Both the position numbers and the translations under genes were made by a program. From IMG/VR virus record IMGVR_UViG_3300021399_000096: a stretch of DNA of 64,000 bases; one strand, 5' to 3'. The notes beneath the pieces were generated by a model. That model had not been told where the DNA came from and made no database searches. It saw only the letters and a list, made by a program, of their open reading frames with translations. Positions within the stretch are counted from its first letter, which is position 1. Each line of letters starts with the position of its first letter. This document shows positions 1 to 11,788 of this stretch, piece by piece. This stretch comes from a virus (taxonomy: Duplodnaviria; Heunggongvirae; Uroviricota; Caudoviricetes).

Positions 1-1331
1 CTTACATTATCAACATTTATTGGCTATTTGCCACCAGCCTATACTAAAACCTCATTATTTATATCTTGATTATTATCAAATGATCGTACAACATTAAATG
101 TTTTATTTTCGACATCTAAACTATTAGAAACATATTGTGTAATTCTATTATTTGAAATTTTTAAATATATGTCATAATATGGTTGCACATAATTGATGTT
201 ATTCTCAAAATTTTGAATTTTTTCATTATCACCTCCATATGTATAAATTGTTGCAGCAGCATTTCCAGATATATCAACCCTCATATCAACACCTAATGCA
301 TTGCTTGCATCAATCCATTCAATATAATCCCCAGAGCCTTCAATAAAACATTTTTTGTCATTATCATAAATATAACCTAATGCAGATATTTCATTATTAT
401 CATTTATAGAAATATTTTGTCCTGCATAATATTCAAGATTAAGATTATTTAATCTTGTACTAATATCATTTATTGATGAATTAACATTATTAAATTCATT
501 AATAAAATATTGTCTAGATTGTTCAAATGAAGTTTTAATTTCAATAATAGATGAATTTATATTATCTATAATTTCTGGATCAACATTCCCGCCTGATTCA
601 TATGAAATAAGTTGCCAATCTTCAAATACTAAATTATTACTATCAAATTTTCGTGTAAAAACTATATATTTTCCATCCTACACAAATATATGCAGTTTTT
701 GACCGAAATTATTTCCAACTTTGCCAGAACTTTCAAAAATGTAATTAATTAATATTGCCACACAATCTATATGAATACTTGATGAATTATACGGATAAAT
801 ATTTAAATTGATAACTGGCGTTATTGAATATTGCATTTTATATAAAAATTCTTCAACCGATATTAATTGAAGATTGAACAATCTGGATAACTGCTTATTA
901 TATTCTAATAAATACTAATCATAGTTGTTTGTAACTTCATATGAATATGTATGATCATACTTTTCATTAATTGATATATTAAATGTTGTTTGATGATGAA
1001 TCTAAGTATCAAATTCAACTGTACTAATTTTTGTGCTTAAATCCTCAATATTGCATTTTGTGTAATCTTCAATATTTTTTATGTCATCTGCAGATTTTGT
1101 TATAATTTCATGGTGGTTGTTTATAAACTCTTCAAGCTATTGTAAATTATAATCAATTCCATATAAATAACCCTTTGTATAAATCCAATTGCCATATTCA
1201 GAATCATTAATAAAAATTATGGAATTTTCATCATATATTTCTGATTCTTTTAAAATTGCAGTTCTTTGTTCTAAGTCATAAGATTCGAAAACTCTGGTTA
1301 AACTGTCGCTATTTATAAATTTATATTTCAT
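1..1331 (-). CDS. Large TAG-recoded protein, possibly tail-fibre/structural; runs off the left edge (3' partial)
   Basis: ORF-track pieces 1137-1331, 678-881 and 39-284 share one frame and each ends at TAG. Contains YYAGQNISINDNNEISA, resembling a tail-fibre motif. AATAAATA lies upstream. Confidence 0.65.
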
Positions 1332-1475
1332 ATAAGTAGACCAATAAATTTTCCCTTTTATTATTTATTTAGTCAATGGTTTAAAATATTCTTTTATACT
1401 TTTACTTTTTTCTTTCATAATTATAATTATACTTATTATAATATCTTTTTGTTTTTACAAATAAATATATTGAAT

Positions 1476-2297
1476 ATGAAGAACTATAATAAAATATTAG
1501 AGGCAGTTAATAGGGGTATTTAGTTGGCTTTAGATGATTTTAATGATGATCAAGTGTAGAATATAAAATCTAAATAGATTTAGAATAGAGACTACACTAA
1601 AGAATATCTAGATTTGATGAAGGAAGTAGTAGATTTAGGATTACCTTCAGGAACTTTATGGTGCAAATATAATTTAGATGTAGATCCTAACTAGTTAACT
1701 AACCGAGAAGACTGGTATGGTAAGTATTATGCTTGGGGCGAACTAGAAGGAAATAAAACTGATAAAAATGGAAATATTTGTTTTTACTGGGATAATTATA
1801 AATTTGGAAATTATGATAAATTAACTAAATATTGTAATGATCCAAAATTTGGTTTAAATAATTTTACAAATAATTTAACTTAGCTTCTTCCAGAAGATGA
1901 TATTGCTTATCAAAAAAAGAAACTCTATAATTTTAAATTTCATATTCCTACTAAAGAATAGTTTGAAGAATTATTAAAATATACTACAAACTATTGGGTT
2001 AGAAATTATAATCCTAATAAACTAGTTCATAATCCAGAAGATGATGGAGGAATTAAATGGCTAAATGGCAGAATATTTGAAGGAAAGAATAAAAACCAAT
2101 TGTTTATTCCTGCTAATGGTTGTTGTTGTGGTTCTCTTATACAAGGTATTTAGTCTTTCTGTATTTTGTGGTCTTCAAGTCTCTGCTTAGACTGCCATGC
2201 TGAAGCACACTACTTGTATTTTAATTCAAATGATATCGGCATATATGAGAATGATCGTGATGGCGGTTATAGTATTCGTCCAGTAGTAAATTTATAA
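1476..2297 (+). CDS. Leader-A + VDLGLPSG (Fibrobacter succinogenes major domain-like, C-type lectin fold) protein, 273 aa
   Basis: Open from ATG to TAA when TAG=Gln: MKNYNKILEAVNRGIQLALDDF...VVDLGLPSGTLWCKYN...YYAWGE...LFIPANG...SIRPVVNL. Absent from the ORF track. Confidence 0.85.
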
Positions 2298-2300
2298 ATT

Positions 2301-3110
2301 ATGAAAAACTATAAACAAATATTAGAAGCAGTTAATAGAGGAATTCAATTAGCTTTAGATGATTTTAATGATGAAGAAACTCCTATTTAGAATATTAAAT
2401 CTAAACAAGTTTAGAATAGAGACTACACTAAAGAATATCTAGATTTGATGAAGGAAGTAGTAGATTTAGGATTACCTTCAGGAACTTTATGGTGCAAATA
2501 TAATTTAGGTGCAACATGTGAAAATACACCAGAATCTTGGTATGGTGGCTATTATGCATGGGGAGAAATAGAACCAAAGCCAAAAAATATTAGAAAAACA
2601 AATTGGAAAAAATATAAATTTTTTAAAAAATTTGATTATCGAAATCGCCCAATATTTACAAAATATGTGTCAGCATGCAAAGATGCACATGGATACGATA
2701 TAACATATGCTGATGATTTAACTTAGCTTCTTCCTGAAGATGATGCGGCATATCAATTTGATAATAGATTTCAAACACCATCGTTAAAATAGCTTGAAGA
2801 AATAACAGATAATCTAGAAAGTGAATGGGTAAATAATTATAATAATATTAAAGGCTTAAATGGAACTATTTTTAAAAGTGAAAATGGCAATGAAATATTT
2901 TTTCCATATGCTGGTTTAATTACAGAAACTGGAAAAGAATTGGTTGGCGACACAGCATATATGTTAACAAATGAAATTGCAAGGCTTAATTTAAATCCAA
3001 TTTGTATTGGTATGGCCGGTAATGAATATGGAACTAATGAAGGAATAGCTAATAATTCATTACATAGATATGAGGCATTTTCAATAAGACCAGTATTAAT
3101 TAAAAAATGA
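2301..3110 (+). CDS. Leader-A + VDLGLPSG domain paralogue, 269 aa
   Basis: Same leader; VVDLGLPSGTLWCKYN, YYAWGE, FFPYAG and SIRPV motifs; ends at TGA 3108-3110. Confidence 0.85.
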
Positions 3111-3136
3111 AATATTATAAATATTAGAATCGAAAA

Positions 3137-3961
3137 ATGAAATATTATAAACAAATATTAGAAGCTATAAATAAAGGCATATAGTTAGCTCTAGATGACT
3201 TTGATGATGAAGAATCTCCTATTTAGAATATTAAATCTAAACAAGTTTAGAATAGAGACTACACTAAAGAGTATTTAGATTTATTAAAATATGAAGTTGT
3301 AGATTTAGGATTACCATCAGGAACTTTATGGTGCAGATACAATCTTGATGTAGATCCTAACTAGTTATCTAAACCAGAAGACTGGTATGGAAAATACTAT
3401 GCATGGGGAGAATTAGAAGGAAATAAAAGAAGTGAAGGTGGTTGGATTACATTTCAATGGGACAATTATAAATTTGGAAATGAACGTGATTTAACTAAAT
3501 ATTGTAATAATTCTAAATATGGTTTAAATGGTTTTACTGATAATTTAACCGAACTTCATCCAGAAGATGACACAGCATATCAATTCAAAAAATATCATAG
3601 TTTTAAATTCCATATTCCAACCAAAGAATAGTTTGAAGAACTAATAAAATATACTAGTAATTATTGGGTTAATAATTATAACCCTAATAAAATTATACAT
3701 AATCCAGAAGATGATGGTGGAATTAAAGGATTGAATGGAAGAGTTTTTGAAGGAAATGGAGATATCATGTTTATTCCAGCGGCTGGTTATTATTATTATA
3801 AGATTGGCAATATGGGTCTTGCCTGTTTATTGTGGGCTTCAAATCTTAAGTTAGATAATCCGAATGAAGCTTATTACTTAGCCTTCGGTTCAAATAGTAT
3901 TGGCATCTATAGCAGTAATCGTTATCATGGTTTATCAGTTCGTCCAGTAATAAATTTATAA
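3137..3961 (+). CDS. Leader-A + VDLGLPSG domain paralogue, 274 aa (alternative in-frame ATG at 3107)
   Basis: Close paralogue of 1476-2297; C-terminus is ORF 3731-3961. A short duplication of aaaaatgaaatattataaa creates the two starts. Confidence 0.85.
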
Positions 3962-3978
3962 AATAAACACACTCATAA

Positions 3979-4719
3979 ATGAAAAACCTATATAAAATAT
4001 TGTTTGAAGGCGAAAATATTGAAGATGAAGAATTAATTTACTTCAAAGATGAATGGTATCCAACAAAAGAAGATTGGTATACTATGATTATAAATATGAA
4101 TCGACATGCAGCTCTTCATAATATTTTTAATAAAATATCAGATATTGATAAAGTAGTTAGATGTTATATAGCTGCTAAAATGATAGGGTATCCAAAGCTC
4201 AAAGATTATGAATATAATTTATTTCATGGCAAAAAATGGAAACATTGGTTATTATGGGATGAAATAGAATTAATTCAAAATGAAAATGTTTCAATCCCTG
4301 ATGAATTTTAGGAATTAATAGATGATTTAACTGAATATGATATTACTGGCGGGGTTGCATTGAGAAACCAAGATTTAGGGGAATTAGTTTAGTTTAAAAC
4401 GGTATTTGATGCAATTGATAGGTATAAGGATAAAATTAAAGATATTACTTTTAGCAAAATAAAATATGATAGAGGAGATTTTCATCCAAATTCACGAGTA
4501 GCAACTATTAATTTTACTAATGGTTCTAGAGTATATGTTAGAATAACAGTTTTTGCCGCCAATATGTTATCATTTAGAACTCAAGATACTAGTGAAAGGA
4601 ATATAAATAAGGCTAGGTTTTTAACAACATTTGAATTAGCATTATATCCATATATTGAAAATGTAATGGTAGACCCAGATTATGTATTTGAATATGTAAG
4701 TACAATGGATAATTATTAA
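3979..4719 (+). CDS. Hypothetical protein, 246 aa, two in-frame TAG
   Basis: Reads through TAG 4309 and a second TAG to TAA 4717-4719. N-terminus MKNLYKILFE is loosely leader-like. Confidence 0.75.
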
Positions 4720-4721
4720 TT

Positions 4722-5645
4722 ATGAAAAACTATAAACAAATATTAGAAGCAGTAAATAAAGGCCTGTAGTTAGCATTAGATGATTTTGAAGATGATGAGT
4801 CTCCAATAGTTCATAGAAATTCAAAGCAAGTAGGTATAGATGAATATGAACTTGTATAGAAAGCATATGTAAATAATTTAATTTCTGAAATGCAGTATTC
4901 TATGCGTATTCAACTATATTAGTTAATTATGCAGGCCGCATTTGGCTATATATTTCATATTGACGATTTAGATATGAAAGATACAAATGGAAATCAATTA
5001 GATTATTCTTAGAAAAAAATATTAGTTGATTATATTAATAAACATAATATTACTGAACGAGAATATATTGATTTAGATTTGCCATCAGGAACAAAATGGT
5101 ATATTGAAAATATTGGAGCAACTAAAGAAAATCCATTAGGTTCTTATTTTAGCTGGGGCTGTACTGAAGAATATGATAGTCGTGAACCGTCTTATGAAGA
5201 TAATTGCCAACGTGTTTCATCTGAAAAATATATGGCAGATTTAGATAATTCACATAAAATAGAGTCTGTTTTAGATTTAGAAGATGATGCAGCTCATAAT
5301 ATAGATCCGCACATTAGGATTCCTTCAAAACAACAATATGAAGAACTAATTAAATATGCAGATATGGAAGTAATATCAGGAAAATTGTTTTTCATATCTA
5401 AAAAGAATCCTTTGAATTTTATTTGGTTTGAAGGTAATAATATTTTATATTTAACATCAAGTTATTCAAATGAAGCAAAAGGTCCATCTATTGCTAATAG
5501 AGCAGTATCTGATAAAAACTTTAGTATTTATATGATTAAATTTTTTAAGAATGACATCCCAGCACCAAAATTTTTACAATTTGCGGATATTAGTGGCCAG
5601 GTTCCACCAGTCAGAGGTCCTATTAGGCCAGTTTGGTATAAATAA
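4722..5645 (+). CDS. Leader-A + insert + divergent VDLGLPSG domain, 307 aa
   Basis: MKNYKQILEAVNKGLQLALDDFED...IDLDLPSGTKWYIENIGA...YFSWG...DDAAH...IRPV. Confidence 0.8.
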
Positions 5646-5646
5646 T

Positions 5647-5684
5647 AAAAAAATGAGATTCATTAATTTGAATCTCATTTTTTT
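5647..5684. terminator. Bidirectional intrinsic terminator (GAGATTCA stem family)
   Basis: aaaaaaatgagattca-ttaatt-tgaatctcattttttt between convergent genes. Confidence 0.8.
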
Positions 5685-6150
5685 AAAGTGAATAAGTATT
5701 AATTCTCTGTTGTCTTGCCCAATCATCTGGGATAAACAACTTTGTATGTCTTGCATCATTATAGAATGTGTAAGAATTTTTAAGAGATTTACAATACCTA
5801 CGAACAATCCCGTAACCAACTAGATAAACACTATTATTACTATTGTCATAGAACGCATAGTAATTAACCTCATTTTCTAGCACAGCAGAAACCAGATAAT
5901 TGTGATTGCGCGGATTATGGGCAGCAAAATAAAATGTTACTGTTTCTTTTCCGTTATTTGCAATAATATAATTACCAGTAGATCGAGTCTCATAACCATT
6001 CCTCCTTAATACATCACAAAAATGACGACGATAAGAAGTAAATGGAGTATCAGTGGAACTATGTCCTGGACGAGTATGACGAACACTCACATTAGTTGTA
6101 TTCTTTACTCCTTCTCCAATTAATTTGTTAACTTGTTTTAAACCTTCCAT
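5683..6150 (-). CDS. Hypothetical protein, 155 aa
   Basis: Uninterrupted ORF, no TAG, 2 bp downstream of the stop of 6153-6656. Confidence 0.75.
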   Translation of the reverse strand: MEGLKQVNKLIGEGVKNTTNVSVRHTRPGHSSTDTPFTSYRRHFCDVLRRNGYETRSTGNYIIANNGKETVTFYFAAHNPRNHNYLVSAVLENEVNYYAFYDNSNNSVYLVGYGIVRRYCKSLKNSYTFYNDARHTKLFIPDDWARQQRINTYSL

Positions 6151-6152
6151 AA

Positions 6153-6656
6153 TTACAATTCTCGTTCAGTAAAATTTGCAAACTGTTTAAGTTTATACTC
6201 ATTTTTATTATTTTCAGATTTAGCTGCACATGCATCTATCACTTGTTCAGAATTAGATGTATCATCACTTTCTGAAGTAGATGTATAATTTTCGCCCATA
6301 AGATCGCGAAGCTCATCATCAACACCGGCAAGATAGATGTGTTTCAAGCCCTCACTCTTATCAAGGCGGTTCATCTCTTCCTCATACATGCGAGTCAGCT
6401 CTTTACGTTGATAATTGATAATCTCAATATCAGACAAAAGCTCCTTACGGCGTGCCTTATTAAATGCAATTGCACGGCCGACTTGTTGATCATACTGGTC
6501 TACCTCATGACAACGAGTCTTTGCAATAAAACGGCGTCCGTACCAGCGATCATAAAGTGTACATACTGTTACACCATTCTTCTCATCATCGTGAAATTTA
6601 ACAGTGTTTGACATATCCTGCTGCTCAGGACTCATTTTCGTAAAATTACTTTTCAT
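6153..6656 (-). CDS. Hypothetical phage protein, 167 aa
   Basis: No TAG; motif TVCTL...AKTRCHEVDQYDQQVGRAIAFNKA resembles common small phage proteins; AAAC-N17-TATAAT upstream. Confidence 0.75.
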   Translation of the reverse strand: MKSNFTKMSPEQQDMSNTVKFHDDEKNGVTVCTLYDRWYGRRFIAKTRCHEVDQYDQQVGRAIAFNKARRKELLSDIEIINYQRKELTRMYEEEMNRLDKSEGLKHIYLAGVDDELRDLMGENYTSTSESDDTSNSEQVIDACAAKSENNKNEYKLKQFANFTEREL

Positions 6657-6846
6657 TTTTCCTTTTAATTTTAATTTTTTAAATTTAACATTAAATTATT
6701 CAGATTTTCGGTCATCTGAACTTTAATTATTATAAATCAAAAAATTAAAAAGTTTATGAAAAATATCAAAATATGCTATAAAACATAAAAAATAAAAATA
6801 AATAAAAAAATGTGATATTTAAAACATTATTTTAAATCAGAAAACT

Positions 6847-7467
6847 ATGAAAAGATATTTAACATATATTTTATTAATAATTAGTTCTATTTGTTATGGA
6901 CAAATATATAGCACTGCTAATTCAAATATTCAATATAATGATTTTCAATCTACTAGTTATTATAATCAGCCAATAAGAGGATATAATACAATAAATTATA
7001 ATATGCAAAGAATTGGATATACAACCAAAACTGGTTATTCAACATATAAAGGTACGTATAATCCATATAATAATTCTTATAATAAAAACAATTATTATGG
7101 AGGTGGTCGCCCAAGAAGAAGTCCAGGTCGTCCGGATCCTAACAACCCAGACAGTGTGGGAGATGATTGGAGAATGAATAATGATTATTCTACCTTGGAA
7201 AGAATCTGGGGGTATCTTACAGATCCTGATTATGAATCATATAATAAAAACTGGCCATACCTTATAAATGATGATTATTGGGAAGAGTTTATGGCAAAAT
7301 ATGGAGATACAGAATATGGAGAATATGCACGTAAGTGGTATGAAAATCGCGGTTTACTATTTCCTGGTGATCCATTTGCTGATCCAGTTGGTGAATTTCC
7401 AATAAGTTTATTATTGATATGTGCACTTGGTTATGTTTATTATAAAAAGTATAAAAATGATAAGTAG
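6847..7467 (+). CDS. Secreted/membrane-anchored protein with signal peptide and C-terminal Pro-Val-Gly + TM + basic tail; extends to TAA 7491 under code 15
   Basis: N-terminal MKRYLTYILLIISSICYG; C-terminal DPVGEFPISLLLICALGYVYYKKYK. Confidence 0.7.
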   Translation: MKRYLTYILLIISSICYGQIYSTANSNIQYNDFQSTSYYNQPIRGYNTINYNMQRIGYTTKTGYSTYKGTYNPYNNSYNKNNYYGGGRPRRSPGRPDPNNPDSVGDDWRMNNDYSTLERIWGYLTDPDYESYNKNWPYLINDDYWEEFMAKYGDTEYGEYARKWYENRGLLFPGDPFADPVGEFPISLLLICALGYVYYKKYKNDK

Positions 7468-7618
7468 AGTTTACAAAATCAAAATAAATAATAAAAGAAA
7501 ATGAGCATATAATAATGTATTATACATAATTAATATATTAAATAAGGGTTTGTACCGAAAGGTGCAGACCCTTGTGCTTTTTATATTAGTAAAAAATATT
7601 AAACATAAAATTAGACAT

Positions 7619-10600
7619 ATGAAAAAAATTCTTCTCTTCTTATCTTTCCTCTTAATGAGCATTGGAGTATTTAGCAGTACTGTTACATTTACAAAATCCG
7701 ATTTTATTGGACAAGGTACTCCAAACACTGGTAGTGAAGTAACTGCAACTAAAGGTGACGTTACTTTTACTTATAGTAAAGGTTATGGTGCTGATGAATC
7801 TTTAAGATGTTATGCGCACGGAAGTCTTTCAATTACTGCAACATCTACAATCACAAAAATAAATTTTACAACAACTAGTGGGAAAACAGGTGGGTTATCA
7901 ACTGAAGTAGAAGTTAATGCAACTAACTATACAATAACAGATTTAGCATCGCAAGCTCGTTTTACACAAATAACTGTAACTATTGGGACATCTTATACAA
8001 TTACAGAACAATCAAATAATACAACATATGGCACTGTATCATTATCTGGAAATGTAATTACTGGTTCCCCTAAATCATGTTGTCAATATGCATCACCTGC
8101 ATATTCAGTAACATCCGGAACTGCTATAGTTTCCCAAAGTGATAATACATTTACTGTTGCTGCATCATCAAATTGTACTGTTCAAATCAATTTTGAAGAA
8201 AAACCAAAATACACAATTTCTTTTAATAATGCAGCAGGTACAAATCCAGAATCAATTACACAAAGTGCGTGTGATGAAAGTATTACTTTGCCAGATACAG
8301 CACAATTAAGTGCAGCATGTTCTGAAATGGGATGGAGATTTGGAGGGTGGACTACAAAATCAAATGGAGAAATTACTTCATCAGATTTAGTAGGTATTAG
8401 TTATATACCAACAAGTAATATTACATTATATGCGGTATTTAAGAAAAGTGAGGGCAAAAGTGTTAAATGGGCAAAACTTACATCTAATATATTGTCTAAT
8501 GGAATGAATATTGTTATTGTGGCTCCTGATGCGGGAAAAGCACTATATCAAGAAACTGTTTCTAGTAGTTATGTAAAATATTGGGATTTTAATGCTGATG
8601 ATATAGATGATGATGCTAAAAATTATATTACATTAAATGCATCAGAAGAAGCTGACGAATGGTATCTTGGCGATGCCACAAATGGATGGTTACATACAAG
8701 TGGGTCAACAAATTACTTAAATATAGATGGTACATTAAAAACAAGTTGGGATATACAATGGAGTTCAACAGAAAGTAAATTCTATATTAATAGCGGACGT
8801 TATTTATCATGCCGTAGTGATTTAACACCTGATAATAAATACAAATTTAGATTAGTTAGCGAACTTAATACTTGAGAAACTTATTTTGATATATATGCAA
8901 AAACTGGTTCCACTGAATATTCATTTAATCCTATATGTGAAACTGTGCATGTAGATACCGTAGCATTACAGGTTGATACAATTAGAATACACATTGGTGA
9001 AACTTATAAATTAGTGCCGTTTATTACACCTATTAATGCATCAAATAAATCAATTGAATGGTATACATTAAATAGTAGTATAGCGACAGTGGCCGATAGT
9101 ATAGTAACTGGTATAGAAGAAGGTGAAACATATATTGTAGTTAAAACTGAAGATGGGAATAAAATTGCATATTGCATTGTAATTGTATTAGGAAACCCAG
9201 ATATTGATATAGTTGAATGGAATCCTGATTATATTAAAATTGGTATTGATAATTTTGATGGAGCTGTAACAGCAGTAGTTGAAAATAAAAATACATAGGA
9301 ATCGCATGCTGAAAATATTGCAACAGAATTATTCTTTTCTAAATATTTTGAGGCCGCCGGCCAAAATAAAATGTTAGCTATATATAATGGAACAAAAGAT
9401 ACATTAGATTTAAGTAAATATTATATTTCAAAAGGAGATGAATCACCTAAAAAATTTGATTTAAGATATTTTGGTAAATTAACTGGATATATTTTACCAA
9501 ATGAAGAAATTATTTTTGCACGTTTTGATAATACAAATTCTGCAAAATCATGCGCTGATACAATTAGTGGATTTGAAAATTGGGTGGCATATACGGTTGG
9601 TGATGCGGCCCCTTCGTATTTTGGAAGTACATTTGATTTTGGAGGTAGAGCATCATTAGGTTTATATAAAAAGGGAGTAAGTATTGATACATTAATTGAT
9701 GTTATAGGTTCACATAATAATGGAATGTTAATGCGTATTGGAAAACAAGGGTCAAGTATTTGTCCATATGCTAAAATTAATGAATATAATGACGATGCTG
9801 GATTTTATACTTATACTGGTGATTCTGTACATGGAACTTCTGATAATTATTTCTTATCAACAAATAGATGTCTATTAATTCGTAAAAATACTGTTCATAG
9901 TGGAGATAGTGCAGTAAAATATAATATATATGATACATTTGATGATTGCAGTACAGAAATTGCTTAGTCATTTATAACATTATCTTCGGAATGGATGGGA
10001 TTTAGAATAGGTACTGGTAATTCAAGTTCAGATGAAATAAATGCGTTAACATGCATTGGGTTGTCGGAACTTGGTAAATATGATTATGGTAATTATTATG
10101 CGCAATATTCTGAAATTAAAACAATAGATTTATTAGAAGATGGAATATTACAAACTGATGGAACATACCAGATACCAATTGCGCATTTAGATACTCTATC
10201 CTGTACACTTCTTAAGGTTATAGTGAGTAATGGAAGTGAAGAAAAAGAAGAGGAGTATAAAATACCAATCTTTGTAAATGCGCAAGTTAATTCAAATGTA
10301 TTACTTGCACAAGAAGGCGAAGATTGTCAAACATGCGATGTTGTTATTATAGATGGTGGAGAATTAACTATTAATCCTAATTTATAGAATAGAAATATCG
10401 CAGTATATCCTGGTGGTAGATTAATAGTTCCAGCTGGAAAAACATATGCATTAAAATCTCTTACACTTCGTAGAGATAATAATGATTTACCTCATTTATT
10501 AAATAATGGTACTATTACATTAGAATCAGATTCAAATTATTTTGTTGAAATAAGATCAGATGCTATTGATTGGAGATGGATGACACTTCCAGCTCCACAT

Positions 10601-11758
10601 AAAGTTGCTAATATAAAAGATCATAATGGAAAGAAAGCTAAACTTGGTACTGAAGTATTAGTAAGTCATTATGATGGACAAACAAGAGCAATAAACAAAA
10701 AGAATGGTTGGGTAACTACACCGGCAGACAGTATATTAGATAAAGGGCAAGGATTCTTATTTGGACTTAATTTAGAAGGAAATAAAAAGAAAACATATAA
10801 ATTTACATTCCCTAATACAGCTATTAATATGGAATCATCTTCAAAAACAATTCATGGACTTAAAGCATGGGGTTGTAATAATGACAATTTAGCACCTAAC
10901 CATAAAGGATGGAATTTAATTGGTAATCCATTTACAGATAATGATACTACTGATATTATAACTCCAATTAAAGTAGGCGAATTAGTAAAAGATAGTACTG
11001 GAAGTTCATGGAACGGTCAATGGGTATATAAAGCCGGTTCTGAAGCTAGAAATGTAAGATATGCAGTTATTCCTGTAATAGGTAGAGCATGTACAGCAGA
11101 TGAAGCTGCTGCTGGCGGTTATGCATCTGAATTATTAGATGATTATATATTGCCTCCATTTACTTCATTCTTTGTTCAAATTGGTGGAAATGAAAATGCA
11201 AATCAATCATTAACTATTAATCCAATTAGAACAAATCCTATTAATAGAATAGTTGCTAGAAATTATAAAGCAGAAGAAAATGAAGAATTATTCTTAAGAA
11301 TTAAAATAGGGGACAAAAAAACTGGTTGCTTTATATCTAATCATTTTAATGAAAACTACGAACCAGGGGATGATTTAGAGTCACGGTATACATATTATCA
11401 GTTAATTAATGGATATAAATTATTATATTCTGCAATAAATGATTCTATTATTGAGAATGGAGTTCAAATCCACTCGCTTGGTGGAAAAGTAACATTAGAT
11501 CCAAAAGTTGAAACTGAAAAATTTGAATAGATTTATATTCTTTATAATAATGAATGGTATGATTTATTGTATGGTGATGAACCAGAAGTTTCAGGTGATT
11601 TTATATTATATGGAAAAAGAAAAGTCCAAGAAGATATTCCAACAGATATTGATAATATAAAACCTGGTCAAGGAACATATAAATTTATAAACAGTGATAA
11701 TGTTTATATAAACAATAAAGGAAAGATTTATAATATATTTGGTTCACAAATAAAATGA
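7619..11758 (+). CDS. Large Bacteroidetes-type surface protein (signal peptide, InlB B-repeat-like, Big_2 Ig-like, lamin-tail-like, T9SS CTD-like end), interrupted by one TGA at 8873-8875
   Basis: Six ORF-track pieces share one frame, joined by TAGs at 9296, 9965, 10385 and 11528 and one TGA. C-terminus PTDIDNI...KFINSDNVYINNKGKIYNIFGSQIK. Confidence 0.7.
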
Positions 11759-11787
11759 AAAAGAGGAGAAATTAATCTCCTCTTTTT
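11758..11787. terminator. Bidirectional intrinsic terminator
   Basis: aaaaagaggaga-aattaa-tctcctcttttt between convergent genes. Confidence 0.8.
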
Positions 11788-11788
11788 A

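Noticed and set aside
7550..7618. TTG start at 7550 for the surface protein
   Set aside because: It lies inside the hairpin; ATG 7619 gives a canonical signal peptide.
8873..8875. General TGA recoding (code 4/25) or ciliate-type TAA+TAG recoding
   Set aside because: TGA ends several genes cleanly (3110, 11758, 11789, 59823), Trp uses TGG, and TAA is the main stop.
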